Below, piece after piece: positions 26,904 to 34,752 of a stretch of DNA of 34,947 bases. The stretch lies in the IMG/VR virus record IMGVR_UViG_3300006118_000005, positions 1-34,947 of that record; one strand, 5' to 3'. Numbering within the stretch: the first letter of the stretch is position 1; every line of letters starts with the position of its first letter. Both the position numbers and the translations under genes were made by a program. A model generated the notes under the pieces. That model had not been told where the DNA came from, ran no database searches, and saw nothing but the letters and a program-made list of their open reading frames with translations. The DNA is from a virus (lineage: Duplodnaviria > Caudoviricetes).

Positions 26904-26932
26904 ATGACTAATCATCATAACTGTGCTACATT
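26904..26932 (+). promoter_or_regulatory. Putative sigma70 promoter of the recombination operon
   Basis: ATGACT-N17-TACATT with extended -10 TG. Confidence 0.55.
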
Positions 26933-26971
26933 ATCTACTCTTGTTCCATTATTAACTAACCGGGGATTATT

Positions 26972-27196
26972 ATGAATATCGTTGAGATAGAACCTTACAC
27001 AGAGGTCAAGCTGTGCGTTAACTGCAAATGGATGATGACCAGCGACGAGTGGCAACCCAAATGCAAAGCATCCGAAAGACGCGATCTAGTCACGGGTGAA
27101 TATCAATACTACTACTGCAAGACCGAAAGAGAGTGGGATACACCCAATGGTTGCGGTAAAGACGGCAAAAACTACGAACCTAACATTGAGGGGTAA
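26972..27196 (+). CDS. Cys-rich hypothetical protein
   Basis: KLCVNCKW...CKA...YCKTER...CGKDG. Confidence 0.75.
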   Translation: MNIVEIEPYTEVKLCVNCKWMMTSDEWQPKCKASERRDLVTGEYQYYYCKTEREWDTPNGCGKDGKNYEPNIEG

Positions 27197-27199
27197 ACC

Positions 27200-27415
27200 A
27201 TGGGAAGACCTACATTACAAGTCACTCGCCTACAAAAAGAGCTGAAGGATTGGATTTCTATTGCTGAGGACAATACCGCCAAACTGGACGACGCAACAAA
27301 CAAGTACGAACAAACCAGAGATGAGCTGGTTAAAGCGGAAAAGACCATAGAGTCTTTAATCTATCAACGGGCGCACCTCATCGCGCTCATCAATATCTTA
27401 ACCAAGGGGAAGTAA
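27200..27415 (+). CDS. Coiled-coil hypothetical protein
   Basis: 71 aa; GAGGGG SD. Confidence 0.75.
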   Translation: MGRPTLQVTRLQKELKDWISIAEDNTAKLDDATNKYEQTRDELVKAEKTIESLIYQRAHLIALINILTKGK

Positions 27416-28318
27416 ATGGCTAACGACAGAGCAGACTTTGAACCAGAGTTTCGCAATCAATACTGGTGGGCAACCGATTCCGCTGAGGCGGCTAAGGGCA
27501 ACGCCAATGATGTGGTGCTAACGAAAATAGGCGCTAAACCGCCGAAGGACCTAAGCCACATTGAGGCTGTGCAAATGGGTCATGTCATGCAACCTATCAT
27601 CGGACGGCTTGCACAAGACCGGCTCAAGGTAGAGCTGAAGGACGCTGACTACATGATGACACATCCTAAAGAATCATGGATGCGTTCACACTTTGACTTT
27701 ATATCCGCTGACGGAAAAATGCTTGTTGAGGCTAAGAACTACTCGGCTATGACCAGAAACAAGTACGACGCAGAAAGCGGCATCATACCGGCGTTCAACA
27801 TGGCGCAACTCATTCATCAATCGGCTTGCCACAACATCGAGCATCTGGTCCTAGCTGTGCTCTTTGGTGGTCAAGAGTTCCAAGTGTTTCAGTTCCACAT
27901 CACTGAGCAAATGCGCGACCAGTTGGTCAAGGACATGGCTAAGTTTTGGGCGGCTGTACAAACCAAGACACCACTGGACCCCGAGACAACAGAGCACACC
28001 AAGCTCATGTACAAGGCGGACGCCGGAACAGTGACAGTGGCTAATGCTCAAGTCGTACAAATTGCTGAGACGCTAAAGAACATCAAGGCGCAGATCAAGC
28101 AAATGGAGGAGGATGAGGACAAGCTACAAACCGCACTACAAAGCTATATGCAAAACCATGCGGAGTTGGTAGGCGTTGACGGCTCGGTCCTAGCGACATG
28201 GCGGTCTAGCAAGGCATCCAAGCGCTTTAATGCTGAAGTCTTTAAGTCCGCTATGCCCGACATTTACGAGCAGTTTGTATTTGAAACACCCGGCTCTAGG
28301 AGGTTTTTACTCAAATGA
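27416..28318 (+). CDS. YqaJ / lambda-exonuclease family nuclease
   Basis: AVQMGHVMQPII, RSHFDF...LVEAKN (PD-(D/E)xK) and QLIHQ. Close to the annealase gene. Confidence 0.85.
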   Translation: MANDRADFEPEFRNQYWWATDSAEAAKGNANDVVLTKIGAKPPKDLSHIEAVQMGHVMQPIIGRLAQDRLKVELKDADYMMTHPKESWMRSHFDFISADGKMLVEAKNYSAMTRNKYDAESGIIPAFNMAQLIHQSACHNIEHLVLAVLFGGQEFQVFQFHITEQMRDQLVKDMAKFWAAVQTKTPLDPETTEHTKLMYKADAGTVTVANAQVVQIAETLKNIKAQIKQMEEDEDKLQTALQSYMQNHAELVGVDGSVLATWRSSKASKRFNAEVFKSAMPDIYEQFVFETPGSRRFLLK

Positions 28319-28506
28319 AAGCATTTCCAACATCAATGAACGAAGGATACCCACAAATTATTCAAGGCGGCATGGACTTGCGAGACTGGTTTGCAGGGCA
28401 AGTATTACCTACGTTGATAGGCGGAGCGGGAATGGAAGACATTACAAAAGCCGCTTATAAATGGGCAGACGCAATGATGAAAGCAAGGGAGAATAAAGAT
28501 GAGTAA
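28315..28506 (+). CDS. Conserved small phage protein
   Basis: GMDLRDWFAGQ...AYKWADAMMKAR motif. Confidence 0.8.
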   Translation: MKAFPTSMNEGYPQIIQGGMDLRDWFAGQVLPTLIGGAGMEDITKAAYKWADAMMKARENKDE

Positions 28507-29401
28507 CCTAACACTTAGACAAGGCTTTGCGCCCCAAACCATGAATGAGGCAATTCAGTTCTCTGAGATGCTCTCCAAGTCTCAGATGGTCCCAAAACAA
28601 TATCAGAACAAACCTGAGGATATTTTGGTGGCTGTGCAGTGGGGCTATGAAATTGGATTAGCACCCATGCAAGCACTCCAAAACATTAGCGTCATCAACG
28701 GGCGCCCCAGTGTTTATGGAGACGCCGCCATGGCTTTGGTCCAGTCTAGCCCAGCTTGCGAGGACATCGAGGAGTTCATGGAGGCTGAGGGCACACCGAA
28801 CCCGGTGGCTGTCTGTATTGCTAAGAGAAAAGGACGCAAACCCGTCACTGCTAAATTCTCTGTGGAAGACGCCAAACGCGCTAATCTGTGGGGCAAACAA
28901 GGTCCTTGGACCCAGTATCCTAAACGTATGCTTCAGATGAGGGCTAGAGGCTTTGCTTTGCGCGACGCTTTCCCAGACGTCCTCAAGGGGCTAATTACTG
29001 CTGAGGAGGCACAAGACTACCCTAGCGACACTGTCGAGGCTCCTAAGCCCATTCCAAGGGCTGTGGAAGTGCTTGAGCAGTTTGAGGACGAACCGCCCGA
29101 GGGATACATTTCTCTCTTTGTGCCAAACAACCCCGACCCCTATTCATGGCACCCGGACACCGCTTCATGGATTAAGGCTTATCAACATCTTGTCCACAAA
29201 ATCAATTCTTTTCAAAAGCTCACCGCTGAGGAAAAACAAGAAAAGATTTGGGGGCTAGAGAAAGCTAACGCCGAAGTGGTTGAAGGCTTTGATAGTTTTG
29301 ACCGAGTCAAGCTCAAAGCGGCTATTGCTGAAGTTGGGGTTGACCCGTTAAAAAAGCCGCCAGTGTCTCAAGACGAGGTACCCAGCGAGAGCGAATCTTG
29401 A
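28499..29401 (+). CDS. recT: RecT-like single-strand annealing protein (0-frame product)
   Basis: GYEIGLAPMQALQNISVINGRP, AKRANLW...GPWTQYPKRML..RARGFALRDAFPD. Confidence 0.8.
   Translation: MSNLTLRQGFAPQTMNEAIQFSEMLSKSQMVPKQYQNKPEDILVAVQWGYEIGLAPMQALQNISVINGRPSVYGDAAMALVQSSPACEDIEEFMEAEGTPNPVAVCIAKRKGRKPVTAKFSVEDAKRANLWGKQGPWTQYPKRMLQMRARGFALRDAFPDVLKGLITAEEAQDYPSDTVEAPKPIPRAVEVLEQFEDEPPEGYISLFVPNNPDPYSWHPDTASWIKAYQHLVHKINSFQKLTAEEKQEKIWGLEKANAEVVEGFDSFDRVKLKAAIAEVGVDPLKKPPVSQDEVPSESES
29336..29381 (+). promoter_or_regulatory. Programmed -1 ribosomal frameshift signal (dnaX-type)
   Basis: SD-like GGGGT (29336-40), A_AAA_AAG in the RecT frame (29350-56), 6-nt spacer, then hairpin GTGTCTC-aagac-GAGGTAC (29363-81). 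Confidence 0.7.
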
Positions 29402-29589
29402 GGCACCTACAAAGTGGAAAAACAATCACACCACTTGAAGCACTCGAACAATTTGGTTGTTTCCGGCTTGCATCCCATATCGAAGTTTATCGAAAAGCAG
29501 GACACAGAATCTTTACAAAAATGGTTAGTGACGGCGGCAAAGAGTACGCCGAATACAAATATTTATCAGGAGAAACCGCGAATGGCTAG
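29356..29589 (+). CDS. Winged-helix/HTH domain, probably expressed as the -1 frameshift extension of RecT
   Basis: TQRERILRHLQSGKTITPLEALEQFGCFRLASHI. The frame is open from 29344 with no start codon before a mid-helix TTG at 29398. Confidence 0.7.
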   Translation, partial: AASVSRRGTQRERILRHLQSGKTITPLEALEQFGCFRLASHIEVYRKAGHRIFTKMVSDGGKEYAEYKYLSGETANG

Positions 29590-29842
29590 TAACTATCAAC
29601 CCGTAGAAAGTAAGGGCATACTCACGCCGAGCGCCTACTTGCAGAAACAAAACCCTAAGGCTCCCGACTTTAAGGGCAAAATCATGCACAAAGGCGAAGT
29701 GATTAACATATCCGCTTGGTGGCGTAAATCCCAGTACGGCGAGTTCTTAACGCTTGCTGTGGACACTTATCAACCGCCTGTCAACACACAGACTTATCCC
29801 CGGGAAGTAACGCCCAGAGGGGATGAGGACGTACCCTTTTGA
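29582..29842 (+). CDS. Putative single-stranded DNA-binding protein
   Basis: Start MASNYQ at 29582 (AGGAG SD). KAPDFKG...ISAW and the acidic C-terminal DEDVPF tail. Confidence 0.7.
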   Translation: MASNYQPVESKGILTPSAYLQKQNPKAPDFKGKIMHKGEVINISAWWRKSQYGEFLTLAVDTYQPPVNTQTYPREVTPRGDEDVPF

Positions 29843-29848
29843 TGCCCG

Positions 29849-29924
29849 GTCCCCGTAGTTCAATGGATGAGAATACGATGCTACGAACGTCGAGATGGAG
29901 GTTCGATTCCTCCCGGGGGCGCCA
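29849..29924 (+). tRNA. tRNA-Arg(ACG)
   Basis: 76-nt cloverleaf: acceptor GTCCCCG/CGGGGGC, anticodon arm CGATG-ctACGaa-CGTCG, T-arm GGAGG-ttcgatt-CCTCC, encoded CCA. Confidence 0.93.
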
Positions 29925-30302
29925 ATGAAGGCTATTCTGGTATTGCCGCTGAGTCCGAGCACCAACACCTATTACCGCAAATACAACAATATTATGGTGA
30001 TAGGTGCTGAAGGCAGAGCATTTAGGAAGGCTGTGCAAGAGTACGTTTTAGTCAACAAGATACCTAAGTTCAGGGACAGAAAATTGAAAATAACAATGGT
30101 GATTAGTCCAAGGGACAAGAGAAAGATTGACATTGATAACCGCATCAAAGCAGTTCTCGATTCCTTGCAAAAGGCTGGTGTATTCGATGATGATTTCCAT
30201 GTGGACCATTTAGAAATGATTCGCGGCGAAGTCATCAAAGGAGGACAGCTACTGGTCACGATAGAGGAAATACCCCCCATCAACTCAGAGGTGAGTCCCT
30301 AA
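29925..30302 (+). CDS. rusA: RusA-family Holliday junction resolvase
   Basis: LPLSPSTNTYY...PRDKRKIDIDNRIKAVLDSL..AGVFDDD. Confidence 0.9.
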   Translation: MKAILVLPLSPSTNTYYRKYNNIMVIGAEGRAFRKAVQEYVLVNKIPKFRDRKLKITMVISPRDKRKIDIDNRIKAVLDSLQKAGVFDDDFHVDHLEMIRGEVIKGGQLLVTIEEIPPINSEVSP

Positions 30303-30370
30303 GGGACAGTTAGGAAACTTACGGGGCAGAGGTTCTGAGTAGCCCCACCAACAATCAACCAAGGAAAACC

Positions 30371-31153
30371 ATGTCAAAAGATAAAGTCGTATCCATCAAA
30401 TCCGCAGAGAAACCGCCCGTTCATCTGTACATTGCAACACCTATGTACGGCGGTATGTGCGCAGGATTTTATACACAGTCTATCCTCAACCTACAAAACG
30501 TTTTTAAGAACACCGGCTGGACACTGAGCTTCTCATTCATGTTCAATGAGTCTTTGATACCAAGGGCTAGAAACGCGCTTGTACAAGGCTTTTTGAAAAG
30601 CGGCGCAACTCACATGATGTTTATTGACGCTGACATCAAATTTGAAGCAAGTCACATTATCCACATGGTTGAGGCAGACAAGGAGATTCTTTGCGGCATC
30701 TATCCCAAGAAGGAAATCAACTGGGATTCCGCTAAGAAAGCTATGGACGCCGGAGTACCCAACGACCAACTCAAACACTTTACTGGTTCATTTGTGGTTA
30801 ATCTTGTGGATTACTCCAACGAAGTCACTGTGCCTGTCAATAAGCCTGTGGAAATCTGGAACGGCGGTACCGGCTTCATGATGATTAAGCGCGAAGTGTT
30901 TGACAACCTTGCAGACAAAGTGCCTGAGTACACCAACAACATTATGGACCTATCCGGCACACTGAAGGCAGATACCATCAAAGAATACTTTGCAACCAGT
31001 ATTGAGGAAGAAACAAAGATACTGCTCTCAGAGGATTATCACTTTTGCAAACTGGCTAGAAAACACGGCATGAAGGTTTGGGCGGCTCCTTGGGCGCAAC
31101 TCGGACACATCGGTACTTATCTCTTTGAAGGTCAACTCACACCATCGCCATGA
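30371..31153 (+). CDS. GT-A fold glycosyltransferase-like protein
   Basis: IATPMYGG, NESLIPRARN, FIDADI (DxD), GTGFMMIKR and SEDYHFC. Confidence 0.75.
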   Translation: MSKDKVVSIKSAEKPPVHLYIATPMYGGMCAGFYTQSILNLQNVFKNTGWTLSFSFMFNESLIPRARNALVQGFLKSGATHMMFIDADIKFEASHIIHMVEADKEILCGIYPKKEINWDSAKKAMDAGVPNDQLKHFTGSFVVNLVDYSNEVTVPVNKPVEIWNGGTGFMMIKREVFDNLADKVPEYTNNIMDLSGTLKADTIKEYFATSIEEETKILLSEDYHFCKLARKHGMKVWAAPWAQLGHIGTYLFEGQLTPSP

Positions 31154-31839
31154 TTAACCACTTTACTGTTGTAGAGTCTATTTACGGGAAAATCATAGTT
31201 AATCGCAACTGTGATTTTCAAATAGATGCTCTTGCTAAAACCGGCAAAACTCATATAGAACATGAGTTGTATAACATTTTTCAATTTGTGGATAATTTGC
31301 CGCCAGATGCTATTGTCATAGACGCCGGTGCAAACATAGGGTTGTTCAGCATCCCTGTTGCACAAAGACGCAAAGACATTACGCTGATTGCTTTTGAACC
31401 TCAAAGAATTATTTATAACGCTTTATGCGGCTCTGTTGCGCTGAATGACATCAACAATATTTTTGTACACAACAAAGCAATTACAGAGCTTGTGAGCTAT
31501 GTTGTCTTGCCGTCTGTTGATTACAGCATGAAGATGGATTACGGCATGGTTAGAGTTCAACCGGGTCTTACTGACGAAAATATGTATATGCGCAACTTTA
31601 TGGTTGACGGCGTATCTATTGATTCTTTGAAGTTACCCAGATGCGACTTTATCAAGATTGACGTAGAAGGCTTTGAGATACAAGCCATCAAGGGCGCTAG
31701 AAAGACCATAGAGACGTTTAAGCCAATACTATGGGTTGAGTACCATATTGTTGGCATGGACGCCATTTGTAAAGCCGTTGGTGAAGGTTATACCTTTATT
31801 ATGGCGGACCCACTTAATATGGTCTGTGTTCCGTCTTGA
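31150..31839 (+). CDS. FkbM-family methyltransferase
   Basis: VIDAGANIGLFS, AFEPQ and FIKIDVEGFE. Confidence 0.92.
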   Translation: MINHFTVVESIYGKIIVNRNCDFQIDALAKTGKTHIEHELYNIFQFVDNLPPDAIVIDAGANIGLFSIPVAQRRKDITLIAFEPQRIIYNALCGSVALNDINNIFVHNKAITELVSYVVLPSVDYSMKMDYGMVRVQPGLTDENMYMRNFMVDGVSIDSLKLPRCDFIKIDVEGFEIQAIKGARKTIETFKPILWVEYHIVGMDAICKAVGEGYTFIMADPLNMVCVPS

Positions 31840-31868
31840 AGATAAATTGGAAAGAAGTATTGATATTT

Positions 31869-31899
31869 CTGGGGTGCTTGCTAGTAGTTTGCGCCCCAG
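31869..31899. terminator. Hairpin between convergent operons
   Basis: CTGGGGTGC...GCGCCCCAG. Poor U-tract on either strand. Confidence 0.4.
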
Positions 31900-32142
31900 T
31901 TATCTGCATTTCCATCGTCTCAAGGATGCCTTGGCTCTTGTCGCTGGTCCCTTGGATTTCTTAACCACACCTTTCATCCGTGCGCAAAATGAATTATGAC
32001 GACTCCCTTTTGACTGAGGAGCTTTTAGTTTGCTTCCTGTCGCTCTATTTAATTTGGCTCGACCCTTCGCTGTTAGACCAGCACCCCGTTTTGTCGATAA
32101 TTTTTCTCCTCGCTTTACTGATAGGCTGGTTGATTTAGTCAT
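31900..32142 (-). CDS. Small basic protein (DUF6321-like)
   Basis: GLTAKGRAK...LKAPQ...SFCARMKG...SLRRWKC. Confidence 0.75.
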   Translation of the reverse strand: MTKSTSLSVKRGEKLSTKRGAGLTAKGRAKLNRATGSKLKAPQSKGSRHNSFCARMKGVVKKSKGPATRAKASLRRWKCR

Positions 32143-32666
32143 TTGATTCCTAAATAGTTACGCACTTGGTCAAGTATTTGAAGTTGTTCAGGGGTGTACA
32201 TTTGTTTGGCATCTTTCCATTGGTCAAATGTATATCCTCTAAACATTTCAGGAACACCAGTCATTTTTGACCATTCTTCTGGCGACCTTTTTTCTCCTAA
32301 GTGTTGCTTATGAAACAAATATCTATTTTGCATCATCTTTGGGTCAAGAGACTGCTGAAATTTTTGATAAAGCTCTTGCAGTTTAGGGTCCGTATTTACG
32401 CCGTAATGACTTACATAATCACCTAATATATCAATAGGTTTTGTTTTTGAATTGAATACTTCAATTGCAACTTTATTATTTTTAGCCCAGCTAGGTAAAT
32501 CACCGCCCTGATAAAACTCAAGCATATATTTAGGCTTTGCCTGAGGAGAATACTTGTAAGCAATATCTTTATCCGCCAAATACGGATATTGTTCTTTGGC
32601 TACGTCTAATAATCTTGGGTCGTTTTGTTGAGCAACCAAGTTCATTATTTCTTTATCGTTAGCCAA
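32139..32666 (-). CDS. Hypothetical protein
   Basis: 175 aa, coupled to the endolysin gene. Confidence 0.75.
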   Translation of the reverse strand: MANDKEIMNLVAQQNDPRLLDVAKEQYPYLADKDIAYKYSPQAKPKYMLEFYQGGDLPSWAKNNKVAIEVFNSKTKPIDILGDYVSHYGVNTDPKLQELYQKFQQSLDPKMMQNRYLFHKQHLGEKRSPEEWSKMTGVPEMFRGYTFDQWKDAKQMYTPEQLQILDQVRNYLGIK

Positions 32667-33078
32667 TTTGCTTTCCTTCTTTCAGTTCAGCAAGCGTTAA
32701 GCCGCCGGTGTATTGGAAATGAGCAAGCTCTTTGAAGTGGACCCACTTACCCGCCCACTCTAGTCCAGCTTGTTCGCCAAGCTCTCCTACTTTACTCCAT
32801 ACTGGGTGGCTTCCGTCCCAGTCTGGTTTACCAGCCACCAAAGGCACAACATCCACAGCGCAACGCCAATTATGGAATGAATCACCGCCTTTAGCATTTG
32901 TAACGATTTTGCCTTCTGTTGTTCGTCCTTGGGCATACAAAGCATCCTGACTTTCAATATCACGATATGTGCTTGTAATAAGTAAGTCAATATCAGATTC
33001 TTTGCACAACTGTATAAAGTGTTCAACACGGCTTTTAACTTCTGGAAGTAATTCATTTAAGTCTCTTGAGTTAATCAT
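32659..33078 (-). CDS. Endolysin, M15 family (L-Ala-D-Glu peptidase-like)
   Basis: TYRDIESQDALYAQGRT...VTNAKGGDSFHNWRCAVD...WAGKW...ELAHFQ. Confidence 0.9.
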   Translation of the reverse strand: MINSRDLNELLPEVKSRVEHFIQLCKESDIDLLITSTYRDIESQDALYAQGRTTEGKIVTNAKGGDSFHNWRCAVDVVPLVAGKPDWDGSHPVWSKVGELGEQAGLEWAGKWVHFKELAHFQYTGGLTLAELKEGKQIG

Positions 33079-33575
33079 TTTGACCCCGCTGGAGTAGATT
33101 GATGCAGTAGCTGGTCCTTAGCTTGTGAACCAGCAGAACTACCAAAATAAAAAGCAACAACACCTGTCCAAGCAGTTCCTAATGAACCCAACATAATGTC
33201 AATTTGAGGCGTATGTTGCACTTGACCATACATTAAGCCAAAAAGTATTCCGAAAAACCCGCCTGTAATACCTATCGCAAGAATAGGAGGTATCCAAGAT
33301 TGAGTTGCAATCTGCATTGTTCTTGCAGAGCTTCTATCTTGTACAGCCAATTGCTCAAAGTCTAAACCTAGTTCTTGTGCCTTGGCTTTTAATTGAATCT
33401 CGGCTTGCTGAACGCTTGCAATCTGGTCTGCGGTGAGTTTGCCATCATCAAGCATTTTCTTTGCATCGTCTTGAGAAACTCCAAGCACTTTTGATACTGC
33501 TTCATACGCTAATCCTCCGAATGGACCGCCAAGGGCAGTGGCTATTGTGGGTGCAATTTGAGCTAACCAGTTCAT
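33075..33575 (-). CDS. Holin (3TM, gene-transfer-agent holin-like)
   Basis: Start MNWLAQIAPTIATALGGP at 33575 (TAAGGA SD). DRSSAR, two TM segments and FYFGSSAGS. Adjacent to the endolysin. Confidence 0.75.
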   Translation of the reverse strand: MNWLAQIAPTIATALGGPFGGLAYEAVSKVLGVSQDDAKKMLDDGKLTADQIASVQQAEIQLKAKAQELGLDFEQLAVQDRSSARTMQIATQSWIPPILAIGITGGFFGILFGLMYGQVQHTPQIDIMLGSLGTAWTGVVAFYFGSSAGSQAKDQLLHQSTPAGSK

Positions 33576-33576
33576 G

Positions 33577-33837
33577 TCAATCCTTACAATATTTTGGCAA
33601 GTACCCTGTATCTCTAAAGATTTTGTAGCACTCGATTTCCTTACTATTTTCCTCGAATTTCCTGTGAAACTCAATATACCAACGTTCCTCTCGCTTTCTC
33701 TCCTCTGTCCACAAGTGGATTTGGTACATCAAGCCGCCAATGGTGAACGCCACGACAAATACTGCAATACAGATTGCGACGCCAATCTTGATTTGATCGT
33801 GTCGCATACGCCTTTCGTATGATTCGAGGACATCCTT
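33577..33837 (-). CDS. TM-containing segment, probable -1 frameshift extension of 33729..34223
   Basis: The -1 frame continues KDVLESYERR-MRHDQIKIGVAICIAVFVVAFTIGGLMY from the A9 run at 33844-33836. Confidence 0.65.
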   Translation of the reverse strand, partial: KDVLESYERRMRHDQIKIGVAICIAVFVVAFTIGGLMYQIHLWTEERKREERWYIEFHRKFEENSKEIECYKIFRDTGYLPKYCKD

Positions 33838-34223
33838 TTTTTTTGCGCCTTGTCTAGTGCGTCTTGTTCTTTAACCAGTCTTGCTTTTTCTGCTTCAAAC
33901 TCGGTCCAAACAGCGCCAAGCTCAGGAGGAGATTCATAGACCAGCATTTGACGCAAGTCGTACTCAGCTTGTTCTAGTTGTTTTTTGCGCAGTACGTTCT
34001 CTAAGGCAATAGCTTGTAATGATTTTCCCTTAGGTGGGTTTTTCTTTAGCTCTGCGTCTGCTTTTTTAGCCGCGTCTTGATGGTCAAAAAAAGAGCCAAG
34101 TGCGCCACTTAGCTCATTAACAATTTGAACAACTTCCCCGCCTGTTTGTTTTATCTCCTTGTAGGCGGCGACTCCGCTTTTGACCGCGGAGAACGCCATC
34201 ATGGCAAGGGTAAACGGGTCCAT
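33729..34223 (-). CDS. Coiled-coil protein in the lysis cassette (0-frame product)
   Basis: MDPFTLAMMAFSAVKSG...; the helical pattern breaks down after AQKK. Confidence 0.75.
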   Translation of the reverse strand: MDPFTLAMMAFSAVKSGVAAYKEIKQTGGEVVQIVNELSGALGSFFDHQDAAKKADAELKKNPPKGKSLQAIALENVLRKKQLEQAEYDLRQMLVYESPPELGAVWTEFEAEKARLVKEQDALDKAQKKRMSSNHTKGVCDTIKSRLASQSVLQYLSWRSPLAA

Positions 34224-34408
34224 TACTGCGCGGGAGGTGCTGGAGGAGTTACGGTGTATCCGTTAGAAGTTAATAAAGCAATTGCGTCTTCAATCTTTTG
34301 CTCACCTTCAACATACTCAGCAAACTGCTTGGCAACATTGTGTTCGGTAGATTCCACAGATGCTCCAATCTTAGTAATAAAGTTTTGAAAATATTCTTGA
34401 ATGTTCAT
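34223..34408 (-). CDS. Hypothetical protein
   Basis: 61 aa, coupled at both ends. Confidence 0.7.
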   Translation of the reverse strand: MNIQEYFQNFITKIGASVESTEHNVAKQFAEYVEGEQKIEDAIALLTSNGYTVTPPAPPAQ

Positions 34409-34752
34409 AGTCCTTCTCCGGGTGTGATGTAAACAGTTGTTGTGCCAATAGAAATGACACGGGCATAAACGTTAGCTGTTGCGCTGACTTGCGGCGCTGT
34501 AACAACTTTCTGGTCAAAAGGAAGCACTGGAAACACTTGCTGACTCACTGTGTTTGTAGGCAAAGCAACGTTGAATGTACTGCTGGTGCTGATTTGCACA
34601 AAAGCCACATTAACAGTGTCTTGGTTTGTCAGCAAATACTGTTGGCAAGGTGTGTTTGCGGTTATGGTGCTCACAGTCGATTGCGAGTTGGCGGCACTAG
34701 CCACACAAGCAACCGTGTTGCCCATAGCCTGAAAAGCAATATTATTAGCCAT
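34405..34752 (-). CDS. Small beta-rich virion protein (paralogue of 8330..8668)
   Basis: 115 aa, ends YITPGEGL. Confidence 0.7.
   Translation of the reverse strand: MANNIAFQAMGNTVACVASAANSQSTVSTITANTPCQQYLLTNQDTVNVAFVQISTSSTFNVALPTNTVSQQVFPVLPFDQKVVTAPQVSATANVYARVISIGTTTVYITPGEGL

Noticed and set aside
29414-29581. N-terminal extension of the SSB-like ORF given in the track
   Set aside because: It overlaps the winged-helix frame. The ATG at 29582 has a clear AGGAG SD.
30328-30365. AGAGGTTCT resemblance to a preQ1-I riboswitch; GAAAC/CTGA resemblance to a hammerhead
   Set aside because: The preQ1 P1 partner and A-rich tail are missing, and there is no CUGANGA core in the required arrangement.
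33576-33674. N-terminal extension of the holin given in the track
   Set aside because: It overlaps the upstream TM-containing frame. The ATG at 33575 has a TAAGGA SD and a family-typical start.
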